Part shown: piece after piece, positions 1 to 15,829 of the stretch | Numbering within the stretch: position 1 is the first letter of the stretch | Layout of the letters: each line of letters starts with the position of its first letter | DNA from: the human T2T-CHM13v2.0 reference genome, Homo sapiens | Assembly (NCBI RefSeq): GCF_009914755.1 | Contig: NC_060928.1 | Length of the DNA: 64,000 bases | Reading direction: 5' to 3' (one strand) | Made by a program: the position numbers and the translations under genes | Notes under the pieces: model-generated | The model's database searches: none | Told to the model about the DNA's origin: nothing | Seen by the model: the letters and a program-made list of their open reading frames with translations, nothing else

Positions 1-1021
1 AGGGAAAATCTATAACAAATATGTTCCAGTAATCAGTGTGCCTTCATGTCTATAACCATTTTAATTATTGCACATCCATGACTACATTTCTTGTAAGTTT
101 CAATATCTATTTTAATAATAATATTGCATCATACAGTCACAGCCCTCAAAACACAAATATTCCATGTACACCAAAGGCTGGTAGCAAAGTCTCTACTCCT
201 CTTACCTCCTGGAGATTATTTTCCCCTGCCAGGTCATTATGTCTAGCAACCTAGTTGCCCATGCAGAGAATGGACTGGCACAAATCTCTTCCTTGGCTCT
301 TTTCCTTTCTTTCAGGCAGGACCCCTACTTTTAATTTGTCTTCCCTCCAGGTCCAGCTGTCACCTTCTTGAGAGACTCTAAATATACAACCCTTACTACG
401 AACCTTTTTCTCCCTTTCTTGCATTTTTTTTTCTCAGTTGCCACAAAAAATTCTTCTGGTCTTTGTTCCAGTTTTGAGCTGAAAATGATCCCAACTGTGG
501 TTGAGAAGCATAAGAATGCCTGTAATTATTCCTTCTAACAAGGAAAAGGAAACTCAATATATTTAGAGTCAAATTTAAATGATGTAAAATCAATTACAAA
601 AACCTTTAAGGGGCCTAAAAGTCCCCTTTGGCATACTTTTTCTTGATAAAACCTGATTTTCCTCAAGCTCTACTCTTTGGGCAGAAAATTATATCAATAG
701 TAGTCTTTCTCTGTCTTCTTCATGTGATAAGGAAGTAGGAGAGAGGGTTGGAGGCACGTACAGGAAATAGGAGGGGAAAAGCCAGAAAAACCCTTACTTA
801 TTGACAATACCACAATTTCCTATATGTGCCAAAACAATATTGTCACTATATTCCTAAACACAGAATATCCGGCAATATCAGAGAAATATCTATAATAATT
901 TCTACTTTAAAAATATAATAGTAATGGATATTTGTTGTAGCAAATATGTCATATGCCTTTTAGGTTAAATATACTTGTATACATCTTATTTGTAAGTGTT
1001 TATGTATTAAAATTGCCATCA

Positions 1022-1315
1022 GGCTGGGCGCGGTGGCTCATGCCTGTAATCCCAGCACTTTGGGAGGCTGAAGCGGGCGGATCACGAGGTCAGGAGTTCA
1101 AGACCAGCCTGGCCAAGATGGTGAAACCCCGTCTCTTCTAAAACTACAAAAATTAGCCAGGCATGGTGGCAGGCACCTTTAATCCCAGCTACTCGGGAGG
1201 CTGAGGCAGGGAATTGCTTGAACCTGGGAGGCAGAGTTTGCAGTGAGCAGAGATCGTGCCACTGCACTCCGGCCCAGACAACAGACTGAGACTCCATCTC
1301 AAAAAAAAAAAAAAA
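1022..1315 (+). mobile_element. AluS (Sg-like)
   Basis: ggctgggcgcggtggctca head through polyA tail. Confidence 0.95.
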
Positions 1316-1766
1316 GTCATCATCCCAGTGTTTTTCCTCCACGATGTGCAAAATCTATAGAAAGAAGCATAAACATTGCTTCCTAATGTGATAGAAATAC
1401 AGCTAATAATTGTAGGATCATTTGAATTAACAAAAGGCAACTATGAGTATTTTTTCTGAGTCCTATAGCTATCTTTCCTTTTTTTTCATCCTCTACATTT
1501 CAGGAAAAGCAATTGAAATGTACATTGTGGCAGTGTTTCTATTACATTCTAGAGCTATGAAAACACATGGATGGTTTTCAGGATGCAGCAGGAGGGTTCT
1601 ACGTAAAACGTCGGTCCAGAGTTCAAACCCCAAACTAATAGTTTTGGATTTCCCCAAGTACTACCCACTTAATATGTCACCAGGAAAGACCCATCACACA
1701 CATATATGGAAGGAAAAATTAAAGTTTCTCCTCCAGCAGGGGCTAGATGCTTGTGGTTTCTGTTTA

Positions 1767-2180
<414 letters not shown>

Positions 2181-3517
2181 TCAACCTTAAAAAGTTATAT
2201 TATCTTCCAGCTTCCTCTGATTTACTTGTCCTTTCTTTGGAGGACTAAAATGATCATACTCTTTTTATTTCCCTACAATCAATCGAGCTATTTGGAATTT
2301 AAATGTTAGTGCTCCTTCCTTTATAAATTTGGTCGTGATTGATTTTATTTCTCAACAGGTACGTAGCTCATTATTTTATCCATTAATTATAGTTACTTTT
2401 TGTTTCCTTTGCCAATTTTGGGAGTGCTTAACAACTCTTAAGAACTGTTTCATTAACGAATTAGTAACCAATGTAAAATGCAGAATAAATAACAAGTTCA
2501 GTTGCCTTTATAGTCTTTAAGGTTTGCTTAGAAACTTTTAAATTATAATCAAGTTTTTTCTTTTCCTACCAAATATTGGCCAAAGTACAATTTATAAACA
2601 ATATCATCAGCCAGTCAGGAAAACGAGCTAAATATTCCTTCTTCTCTCCACTTAATATGCTCTGTTCTCAATTATTATTTTGAATTTTTTTAGGAGGCTT
2701 TCGAAAGGCCTTTTTTCAGAAAAATTGTGAGTTTTGGGCAGCAACATGAATGATCAGCTTTAAATTGTTCATAGTCTTTGACCATGTTTAAGAATTATTC
2801 CTAAGACAACAACGCAAGGTGTTTTATTATAAAAGCAAGACTTCTCAACACAATGGTGTCTGCTAATAATAGAGAAACCAAGAAACAACTTAAAATGCCC
2901 AACAGAAATGTATAAGGTGATAAAGGTGACAAAGTGAGACCCTGTCTCAAAAAATATATACATATAATATTTGTATTTATAATATAAAAAGGCCTATATA
3001 TGTATTCTTATACATGAATTCAGAATATGGAGGTAAATAAATATGTTAGAAATTATCTAGTGTGTGATAAGATTACATGATTTAAAATGTTTTTCATTTT
3101 TTCCTGTCTTTTTTATAAGTAGCATATATTGTTTGTATATAAAAAAGGCCAATAATCCTTATTAACAGAATGTCAGTTTTTGGTGTGAGGTTAATAAAGA
3201 AATTAGTTAAAATGATTCTGACATGAGAGTTTTTTCTGACATTTTGAAAGAAACCTAATGCTTTGAAAGCCCTAAGTCTATAATTAAATTGTATCTAATA
3301 AAATTTAGAGGCTCTTTAGATTTAGAGGGATTTTGAGTTTCTCAAAGCATAGAAAACGACTTTTAGTGAGAGATGTTGGAATTATCAGTTAAGTTTGTGA
3401 GTGGTTTCTGTTTTTAAAATATGAGATAATTAGCATTAGCTAGTATCAGGCTTTAAGCAAAATATAAAATATTCAAGTGATGAATACAGACGATTATTTC
3501 TACATTTTAACCTGTAA

Positions 3518-3835
<318 letters not shown>

Positions 3836-4177
3836 CAAGAGATCCTTTAAGAAGCACATTTTCCTTATGCATCTTAAATATTCAATTAGAAAAGAATTGA
3901 CTTTCAAATATTTTGAAAGACATATCTTCTAGGTAAATCATAAATATATTCATTCTGTGTAAAGTAGGAAAATAAAGGAAAATTACCTTGTATCTTTTCA
4001 TGGCCATTTCTCTACACAGTAATACCAAATATCTAAAAGTTTGTTAATTCAAAATGCCAAATATTAGTTGGAATATCATATAACTCTTTGAAAAGTTGAT
4101 TCGTTTAGTGAAAAAGACTTTTCCTCTTAAACGGAGTGAAATCTCGTGTCTGATTTGTGTAATATTCCTGATTACAT

Positions 4178-4226
<49 letters not shown>
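4178..4226. repeat. (TG)n microsatellite
   Basis: About 24 TG units with one CG interruption. Confidence 0.95.
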
Positions 4227-4228
<2 letters not shown>

Positions 4229-4344
4229 CTGTGTTTCTTTCCGGCTTGGTTTAACAATAATTCATGATCATAAGAGGACAGCTATTGCTTGTAATGAACC
4301 CAGCTGATCAATGAACAATGCTTTGTATAACAATTGTGTAATTG

Positions 4345-4700
4345 AAAGTGATACAATACCTACCAACGGGGACTTAAAGCAACCAGGATTCATTTCTCCA
4401 CGTAACAGGAATTCGGAGGTCTGCGTTTCCCGCCCTGGGCCAATGGCTCAATGAGACTGCCTGCCATTTTGTTGTCTTTCGTCATGGCTGCACGATGATT
4501 GCTGCAGCTTCTAGCCATGTACTCCATTCAAGACGCACGGGAAGGTTGGGGTGGAAAGGAGGATGAGTTGGCAGTGGTTGTCTCATTTTCCAGGAAACCA
4601 AGAATTTTCCCGGAGGCCTCCCAGATATCAGCTTCCGTGTCATTGGTAGAACTAGGTTACACAGCCACTCCAGCTGCCGTGAAGGTGGGAAACAGGAAAT
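4345..4700 (-). mobile_element. Old MaLR LTR fragment (MLT1-like)
   Basis: tcattggtagaactaggttacacagccactccagctgc resembles the recalled MLT1J/K consensus. Confidence 0.5.
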
Positions 4701-5275
4701 AGACTTATTATTAACAATTCCCTTAGAGCATACATTCCTAACAGGCAGGGTGGGTGGGTGTGGGGAACATGGTGGAGAATAGGGTGAGGGTTGTGGTGGG
4801 GCGTAGATGGGGTGGTGCTGTTGATATCATCCCTTAAGGGAAGGATATTGCTTTTGTGGGAGGGAAAAGGCAGGAAAAATATCCCACTCTATATGTATAA
4901 AGCACAGTTATACATACAGCATATATGCAGACATATAATTTGTCTATGGTATTAAAATTTCATGCATGGGGCAATTAGGAAAAAAGCGTCTAAAAATGCT
5001 CTTAGGGAGATGATGTTGAAAAAAAGTTGAGAAATACTGGGCTAGACCAAACATGATCCATTGCCTGAAGCTTACGTATTATCTATTACTGATGACAAAG
5101 AGAGGCACAGGTATGGAGTGGCAAACTAACAATGCGTGCCGTAGAGAATGTCATACATTAAATTAATGAACAGCTTACTTTATGTTGTAATTGTTGTTGG
5201 TCTTCTCTCATTGTACTGTAAACATCTTAAAAGTGGGAACTGTGTCTTATTTCGATGTATATCTTTGTATATTAG

Positions 5276-5692
<417 letters not shown>

Positions 5693-7439
5693 TAAGCGTC
5701 ATAGGTGATGTCTTGGGGGTAGTTTCACAGGATTTTTAGCGAGCTGTTTGATTGCTCTTATGTGGATGGTACAAAGACCAAAAGAGGTTTTGCAAACAGT
5801 GGAGTCATAAATGATTGTGCATGAGATAATTAGTTCTGATAGTTCCGTTAGTTTGTTTGTAAGAGATGAAAAGGAAATAAAATGGAAAAAGAGAGAAGAT
5901 TTGTTTTGTTTTGTTTTACTTTTTAGCTGGATTGTTTTTTCTGTGCCTAAGCTGCTTCAGTTGTAAAATGGGAATTATAATGTCAAAATCCTTCCTTCTC
6001 GAATTGTGATGGTCAAATGAAAAGCTGTCTGAGAAAGCTGCCCCGAGCTGTCTAACAGTATTCCTCCAGCTGGACTATGCTTCTGAGTCATCCGATGCTT
6101 TAAAAATACAGCTTCCCAGGAAAACATTGTAAACAACTCCCAGGGTACATAATGATTTAGATGATTAAATTTGGAGGCTGCCCTGACTTCACTACCCTGG
6201 GCCTCAACTGCTTTATAAATTATGAATAGAGATACTTCCTAGGACTGTAGGGTGGATAGCAAATGAAGCGAATTAACTGCCAAATCCTTCCTTAACATCT
6301 TCGTTATGATCAATATTATGAACCTAGGCAATCTTCATCCATACATTGGACACTTGACCTTGGGATGGATTAGACTTCCTCAGTTTCCTTTGTCCTCTGT
6401 GCAAAATCTAGAATATTGCCAGCCTATCGTCAGAGTGCAACACGTTTGAGGAATTATTGCATGATTGATATTGTTGAGAGTTCAGATTAATGTCACTTCA
6501 GATAATCCACAGATGACATGGAAAACTGGTGGGCTACCGGTGCTATTTGAAGTCAACGAGGGCTTGCACTTAGCTGGGAATGGGCGAGAGAATAGGATTA
6601 ATGCCCAGGAAGATATATCTTCTGATCCTCACCTCTCTTTTGTATATAGGTGATTTTTTAAAAAACTTCCTTCTCCTCCAATCAAAACTGGCTTTGAGGA
6701 AAGAATGGGACTGGATGCACATTTGTGTAAACATGCTAATGGTAAAAAAAAGTCTTTACCTTTCAGGGATATTTGCATTTCAACAAAGTACCAAACCTCA
6801 AGAGAAAGGGCTGCTCCAAGGATGGAAGATATATTTGGTAGGGAGAGGACTTTTTATCACCCTTGATTCACTCCATGTAAGCAGGGACCTTCTGGTAAGA
6901 TGCTCCCTGATGGGGACTTGTTGGATGCTGGCCGTGCCAGCTGGCTGAAACCCCCAGGGTCAGACTTCCTTGCAGGGGATCCTTATCATGTGGATGGCAG
7001 CCACTGCTGATAGATTGGGGAACTGCTTCCTTTGCCGTCTCCCTATAGGGAAGGTTCCCCTAAACTGAGTCCCTAATAATCTCAGAGCGAGACGTGTGCT
7101 GTGGGGATCTTATCATCTTATCAGATTTTTCTAAACTATAGTCCTTCTTAGAAGTGAGAGGCCCAGAACACTCTACTTTATGCAGGAATAGCAGAGATGA
7201 CTCATGGTTGGGAAGACACTAGAATTCAGCCAGGAGAATATCATTAAAAGAGGGAGAAGGGAAAACAGACTTTTTGTGTGGTACAAAAACAAAACCCTCT
7301 GTATCATTATGTGAACAACGGTGCAAAAAAGAGGAGACACAGTTTACCCATGGGTAGCTAACTATGATAGTGAAAGTTGCCTTGAACCTTGTTTTAGAAA
7401 AATGGCAAGTGTGGGTCTCACTCTTCTAGTTCCTGACTT

Positions 7440-7502
7440 CTCTCTCTCTCTCTCTCGTTTCTCTTTTTTTTTTTTCTCTCTCTCTCTCTCTCACACACAC
7501 AC
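7440..7502. repeat. Compound (CT)n/(T)n/(CT)n/(CA)n microsatellite
   Basis: Seen directly. Confidence 0.9.
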
Positions 7503-7861
7503 CCATCTTGGGCCAGGTTTGTAAAGCCTCATGGGAAATGGAACACGGAAGAGTCTTCTGGGAGGTTTTAAAATTTAATTTTAGTCAGATTTAGTAAGAT
7601 TTCTTCATACAAAACAAAACAAAAATTCTCTAAAAAAAATCCTTGTTAGGGTCTGGTTAAGACAACTAATAACAACAGATGTGAGGGCATAGTTCCTAGT
7701 TACCAAAGAATCGCTCTGGTGAGAGAGGAGTGGAGGCAAAAATTCCAGATGGTACCTGGGTAGCGATTGCACTCAGATGGGTCATCTGAGGACAGCTGCC
7801 CTAGACCGCTGCTCCTGAGCCTCTCCATTGTAATTTTCCTTCTTCTAGTTCCTTTTTAAAA

Positions 7862-8158
7862 ATTTTTCTTTTTTGTTGAGATAGAGTCTTGCTCTGTCTC
7901 CCAGGCTGGAGTGCAGTGGCATGATCCCCAGTCACTGCAACTTCCGCCTCCCAGGTTTAAGTGATTCTCCTGCTCAGCCTCCTGAGTAGCTGGGATTACA
8001 GGTGTGTGCCACCACGCCCGGCTAATTTTTGTATTTTTAGTGGAGACAGGGTTTCACCATGTTGGCCAGACTGCTCTCAAACTCCTGTGCTCAAGTGATC
8101 TGCCCGCCTCAGCTTCCCAAAGTGTTGGGATTACAGGTGTGAGCCACTGTGCCTGGCC
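7862..8158 (-). mobile_element. AluS
   Basis: Full antisense Alu; TSD ctagttccttt. Confidence 0.93.
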
Positions 8159-8518
8159 TAGTTCCTTTGTTTTAAAAGCTTAAATGCATGAAGCATACAG
8201 TACTGTGAAGACTTGCTTGATGTGATGCAGGTTCCTTAATCTCCTCCTTTGCTATTTGGTTCGCAGATGGTGGTACGGGTGGCACTTTGGGGAAGGCGGG
8301 GCGGAAGGAAGCTTTCTGATGAATGTTTGCACAGTATACGAGAAGGTTACAAGATATGGGCATCATGCACAGGTGGCGAGGTGGTTAGAGAAAGGTAGAT
8401 GGTGTTTGGGGATTACCCTCTGGTACATTTCAATTCACTTTGGGGTTATGAGATTTCAGAAGGTTAGCTAATGCTTACGTCCTGGGGTGGGCTCTTTTGT
8501 ATTTCTTTGTTGTCTCTT

Positions 8519-8606
8519 TTTTATTTTTTAGAGACAGAGTTTTACTATATTGCCCAGACTGGTCTCAGACTCCTGGCCTCAAGCGATCCTCCCACCTCAG
8601 CCTCTG
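8519..8606 (-). mobile_element. Alu monomer fragment (FLAM-like)
   Basis: Antisense left-monomer sequence flanked by ttgtctctt repeats. Confidence 0.8.
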
Positions 8607-9747
8607 AGTTACAATTGTCTCTTGAAAGTAATTTCAGGTAGGCTTGGGGCTACCAAGGCAAGCCTAGGGAAGCCTACTACATGAAGAGGATTAGAGTCCT
8701 CTGGAGAAGTTGGATTCATATGAAGAGATACTAATCAGAAAGTTGGGAGTTAGTCATCCATGGAAAACAGGCATGTTTGAGAATCATATTCTGGCAGTGC
8801 CCATCCATGCATTATCAGTGGAGAGAGAACCTTGGCTAATGGACTTCCCCAGTTTTGATCCCATGGATAAGACCATGGGGGAGAGGGTAAGGCTTAGGCT
8901 AATGCATATTCTTGGATCATTCAGTCACCTCCTTCCACTCTGAGTCCCTGTTGACCAGGGAATGTCTTGGTGTCATAGCTTGGCTTTCCAATGGCTCTCC
9001 CCGTGGGGAAAGAATACACAGGCTGTGTTGATGGTATTCTAGTCCTGACGAGAGCTGCGTTTCTCATGGTCAGCAAATGAATTGGCATCCGATATATAAG
9101 CAAATCTTGTGACTGTAAAGTCATATACTTTCTTGTTAGTTGAGGGAATCAGATTTCTGAGGGTAAGAGGTGAAGCCAAGAACATGGCAAATTCATTATC
9201 TTGATAAAAACTACCCGGTAAGGCTGCCCATTTTCTTTCAAACTGCAACACCATATGTCCAGCGAGGTTCCTCTTACGAGACATCAGGGGTATCAGGAGT
9301 GGGTGCCAAGCTGGAGTCCTGAGAATGAGGGAAATAGGAGACCATGAGTTTTGAGCACCACCGCAATTTCTCTTCTCCTTTTGTCCCTCTTGCTTTAGGT
9401 AGTAATGCATGCCTTAAGATAATAAAAGGTCTGTCTTTGTGGGCTCTTTATTGCCATAGAAAAATGATTGGTATGAGTTTCCCAAGGCCTCGGATAAAAA
9501 TATTTCTTCAGAGAGGGTTTTGAAAACTTATGCCAGTTACCTGGGTGGACTCCAATCTTTCAAGCACTGTGTGTCTTTTCCTGGTCCTCCCTCGCTCCCT
9601 CCTTCCTTTCCTTCCTTCTCTAAACAGAGTCTAAGGTAATGCCCCTCTCCAGTTTCTTGGGATAGGGAAGGGGGTGGAATTACTTCTGACTCACCCTTAC
9701 CCTTATGGTGTACCCTTTGGGGTTCTGGCTAAAATATATGTATTGGG

Positions 9748-10040
9748 AAGTGGGACGCAGTGGCTCACGCCTGTAATCCCAGCACTTTGGGAGGCCAAGG
9801 CGGGTGGATCACTTGAGGTCAAGAGTTCAAGACCAGCCTGGCCAACACCCATCTCTACTAAAAATGCAAAAATTAGCCTGGTGTGGTGGTGCATGCCTGT
9901 AATCCCAGCTACTCAGGAGACTGAGGCATGAGAATCGCTTGAACCTGGGAGGTGGAGAGGGTGGTGAGCCAAAATCACGCCACTGCAGTCCAGCCTGGGT
10001 GACAGAGCGAGACTCTGTATCAAAAAACAAACAAATAAGT
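9748..10040 (+). mobile_element. AluS
   Basis: Full dimer; 17-bp TSD aaaatatat(g/a)tattggg. Confidence 0.95.
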
Positions 10041-10288
10041 AAAATATATATATTGGGGTCCATTAGTTTTTCCACCCTGGGTGGACTCTGACCTTTGACT
10101 TCTGTCATCCTTGCCCCATGAAGCCATCGGAACTGCAGCTCGTTTTCCGCTTTTTCATCGCCATTTCTTTCAGCTGACAAATGCTGTCTACCTCACTGGC
10201 TTCTCCTTTATTCTTAGGTTTTGGCCTGACAGTTGCTATTTTTTTTTTTTTTTTTAGCTCTTTGATACTTTTAAGAAAATGGTTTTTA

Positions 10289-10600
<312 letters not shown>

Positions 10601-12819
10601 ATAAGGACTTTTGACAAAAATATGATTCTTTAGGCAAGAGGTTTATTTCTCTAAGTGTCAGTTTCTCTGAAAACTTTGAGGATTGGATTGGATATAAATT
10701 TCCCCAAGCACAATGTGTGTACCAATGGTGGGAAACAAGATCTTTTTAGGGCAAGCATTTAAAAAATGTTTTTAGTAGGTATATGTTTCTTTGAATGTTT
10801 TCAGAAAAAAATTATAAGTGACAATCAAATCTATGATTTCATCTATTTAATTGCTTAGGACAAGGCCATATGAGTTCACTTAGAGTTGATTTTTAAAACA
10901 TACCACATAAATGATAGTTCAAATATGGTTATCAGATGACTGAAATTTGGGGGCAGGATTAGAAGATGATCTTTCAGATTTTGACTAACTTGACTATTCT
11001 GGTCTCAATGACGAAAGGAAACAAGTTCCCATAAGTCATTACAGTGGAATCCAATGATATTATCCAAGAAACCAATATTCCTAGGATCTTAGTTCTCCTA
11101 GAAATCTTTCTAGCATGCTGAGCAGGATGGGTTGGACACAGTCCAAATCACTGGAATATTACAAATTTAAAAAATTGTTTTGAGTGGTGTGTGAAAGAGA
11201 CCTGCTCTGAGGACTTCTAGAATGAGTGAGAAGGGAACTTACAGACCTACTGAGACTTGCTCCTCTGTCAGATGTGGCAGGAGGGTCGGGGTCTTGGAGT
11301 TGTTCAAGTAATTTCATCAGTTAGGGGTTAATCCTGACCCAGGATCCAGTCCTGCTGGGCCATACTTTCTTAAAGTGACTATCCAGTGACACTAGCAAAT
11401 GTTACCTCTTCCCGGGAAGAAATGACAGGATGTGTTTGTATTTTCTTTTACAAAGGATCATGCGATTTTATTTTTACTTTTTTTTTGTTATAGAAGTGGT
11501 ATATGTCTGTGAAGGAAACTCAGAAAACATAGATAAGCACACACAAAAAATTTGTAATTGCACCAGTATGAGCATTGTTAAAATCTTAGTATAGTTTCTT
11601 ACTTTTTTCCTCTCTCTATTTTTACTAAAAAATCAGGATTACGTTGCACATACCGATTTGAACTTGCCTTTCTTTGATCCATATAACAATGTTGTCACAT
11701 ACTTTTCCCCACATTATTAAATATTGTTCTACAATAGTAAGGAATTCAATGATAAAAGAGGCATATTGTCTTCCTCCCACCTTATACAAGTTATTTTGTG
11801 TGGCAGCTTGACTTGTATTTTAGAAGTAGAGACAAATTAAGGCAAAAATAAATAGAAATGGCAAATTAATTCCACAAGGAGTGTGTTTTCTGAAAGTCCC
11901 TGCTGCTAGAAACGGAATTAGGATTATGCCTCCTGGTTTCAAACATGTCGATAATAGCTGTGTGTGCTACTCGAGTGGCGTCAAAGATGGATGTCCAACT
12001 CCATATTGGAGCTGTGGGTAACCTAGTGACAGCCACAAATCACCCTTCTAAGAGCAGATGGTCAGGGAGCACCTTTCCAGTTTAGAGCATATACCAGTTG
12101 CTCTCCTGATGGACATCTGGTCCATGATATTTGACTGTTTTAAGGTATGGAGTGCTTTGTACAAGGTACAAAACTTCTGTCCTTGGTATGAACATTTGGG
12201 AGGCAAGTGAGTGATAATGACCCACGGCTGCCTTTTTGTCCGGCAAAGCACGAGGATGCTTTGGAGAACGGAAGGATTTCATCGAGTCCAAAGGACACTC
12301 ACCTCTAGGCCTCTCAGCCTCCTTGGCCACGTGGTTGTTCTGCTACTGAGAGTCTGCAGATGAGCTGGTGGTTTCTCCAAGCTTCCGAGAGCTCTCTCAG
12401 GTATTTATTATATGCACGTTCTGTCTACAATGACCAGTGGACTCTAAACTGGGCTGGAACATGTTCCCAGGAAAACATGCCCAAATTCTGTTCTACCTTG
12501 TGTAAATCTAAGACAGGGGCTACTGAACACAGTCTTGGAAATCAGACACGTGCTAGGGCCCCCTGTGCTTAGCTCGGCTAATGAGCCCAGGCTGAGGGCT
12601 TTTTTGCAGGCATGCCAAAAAATGCAGGGCCAAGGCTGGGGGTGGAGAGGTAAGGCTAGGGAAGTCAAGGAAGGCATGAGGAACAGCTTGGGAGGGGAAA
12701 AAGTTCATCTGGTGGCAGGAGCTTTAGGCTCTCTCTGCTCCTTCACCCTTTTCTCTGTTCAAATCTGCTCTCAAGGCAGCATGTGATATTGATGGTTCAC
12801 AGAAACATGAACTACCAGC

Positions 12820-12970
12820 CTTGGAGGGGCCCTGAGAGCCCATCTAGTTCAATGCCTCATTTTGCGGATGAAAAAACAGGTTTGGAGTGGCTAAATGGCG
12901 TAAGCAAGGTCGTGTCACTAGGAGTAGAGCTGGGATTCAAGCCTGATGGTTAGTCCAGGGCTCTGATCAC
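12820..12970 (-). mobile_element. MIR
   Basis: catctagttcaatgcctcattttgcggatgaaaaaac MIR core. Confidence 0.65.
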
Positions 12971-13125
12971 CACAAGCTGCCTCTATATACAGTATAGTGA
13001 GAAAGTCTCAACCACCACATTGACTCTTCATTTATATTTAATATTATATTTGTATTTTAAGATTGATCCATAATGGAAGGAATTGTTTAGTCCTGTACTA
13101 AAGGAATTTAGAAAGAGTTGGGTGA

Positions 13126-13557
<432 letters not shown>

Positions 13558-15829
13558 TCATATATATATGCATGTGGATTCATGTAATAATGTAATAGCT
13601 TTGGAAAAATGCATGAGAAACTTAGTCTGATGGTTGCCTCTGGGAAAATGGCCTGGGCACCATAGGAGGGAGGTATATTTTTCACTTTTATACTTTTAAA
13701 ATGTTACTATAGGCATGTAATCACTATTCAAAAAATGTAAAAACATTTAAAGATGCCATGTGAGCTCAAATAAGGGAGAAATATATTGCTTATTGGGAAG
13801 GCCTCATACAAGAGGTAGCATCTGAGCTGGGCTCTGGGATGGGTAGAAGTTCACCAGGAAGAGCCAGGGCAGGAAAGCTTGCAGCAGCAGGACTGAAGCT
13901 GTCAAAGCAGGAAAGACCAGGGAGAGTGTCAGCAATGTTGCATAGTCTGGAGAAATTGCAGCAAAGTAGTATGCTGTTGTTTGAATATAAAAATGTGTGT
14001 GTAATTATTATATGCATTCGTACTTACAGCATGTGAATTTATGTAATAATGTAATAGCTTCAGAAAAATGCATGAGAAACTGCATTGGCTAGGTAAAGCA
14101 GAGACAGGGCCGAGGAGAAAAGTAAAGAGAGAGAACTCGGCTGGATGGAGGTTATTTTATACTTAATATGGCATAAAGGGCTTTTTACAAATTGGCCCCA
14201 TTGTCCCTTTCCAACATCATCTTCCACCTGTGCTTCAGCCACCATAGCCAGCTGTCTATTCTCCAAATACCCACGTGCACACCTGGGCACCAGCCGCTTC
14301 CTCTGCCTGCATGCGGTCCACCAGTCCTATTTCTTTCTCTCCTCCAAGACCAAGTTCAAATGTTCCTCCTCTCCCCCTCCCCACCCCACCACCCTGGAAG
14401 ATTTTAACACTCTGTCCTTAGTGTTCTCTTGGCATTTTGCATTTACCTTTATTATAGAACTTGGCTGTTTAAATTTTAATTTTTTGCAGGACGAACCAGA
14501 GAGTGAGGTCATTTATACGCAGAACATTGCGTCTCCTCTCTTTAATTTAGCATTTTATTCTCTGAGGTCCTAGCTATATGGTACTTTATGGTGATGAAGT
14601 ACAGCCACACCATTCTGCCTTTGTGTGGCCATTGCATGACCTCTCCAAATGAAATCATTTCTTCTATAGAGAAAAAAAAGTGAGGATCAGAGACATTATT
14701 AACTAAGTAAAAAAAAAAATTTTTTTAACCTCTGGGCCTAGTCTAAACTACATTAACATTTTCTTTATTATCTTCTGCCCCATCAGGCTCCTTAAAAGTA
14801 GGCCTAGTTTAAAGACAATTAAAGGCAGATATTCTGTCACTTTTTTTAGACTTCTATGGATTTGAAATGTCATGTTAATAGAACACTATATATGCGTAAG
14901 CAATGAACTGAACCATTAAAAAAGAATTTTGCTCTGGAATATCCTGGTAGTTTCAGGGTCATTATATATTTGTTTTGCTCAGTTTCTTGATCTTTCTGAT
15001 CCTTAATCAGAAGCTGAGCATCTAAGGAAATATTTTATCCTATTGCTATGTATCTATAATATTATCTGTATAAAAAGTACATATGTCTATATTTCAAAAG
15101 AAGATTGAAAAAATTAAGAAAATCTGAATAAACTTGTGTTCTTAGATTATTCCTCTTTGTTCCTCTTCTCCCTTAGGCAATTGAGGGAGTAACTGCTATG
15201 TTCCTAGTACAATTTATTCTATAGAGGGACATGTGAAAGGTGAGCTGAGAATTCCCAGTAAATCTCGATTTACCCATCATTGCAGAGACCTTTCCTCTGC
15301 CTGGGCCAATGTCCTTCTCGGCAAGGGAAGATAGATCGCACCAGACAAAGTTTGGACATTTATCTTTCTACATAAATGGAAAACCCTTCCCAGATTGTTC
15401 AACTGGTTGCTTTTTTTCAGTTACTAATACAGGAATACCTCATTTGATTGCGCTCCACAGATATTGCATTTTATACAAACTGAAGGTTTGTGGCAACTCT
15501 GTGTTGAGCGAGTCTATCGGCACCATTTTCCCAACAGCGTATGCTCACTTCATGGCTCTGTCACATTTTGGTAATTCTCAAAATAATTCAAACGTTTTCA
15601 TTATTATTGTATCTGTTATGGTCATCTGTGATCAGTGATCTTTGATGTTACTGTTGCAATTGTTTTGGGGCACGATGAATCATGCCCATATAAGATAGCA
15701 AACTTAATGGATAAATGTTGTACGTGTTCTGACTGCTCCGGCTGTTCCCCCACCTCTCTTCCTCCCTTTGGGCCTCCCTATTCTCTGAGACACAATGATA
15801 TTGAAATTAGGCCAGTTAATAAACCTATA

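Noticed and set aside
4720-5045. Possible hAT-Charlie DNA transposon end (aaaaagttgagaaatactg)
   Set aside because: Family and left boundary could not be assigned confidently by eye.
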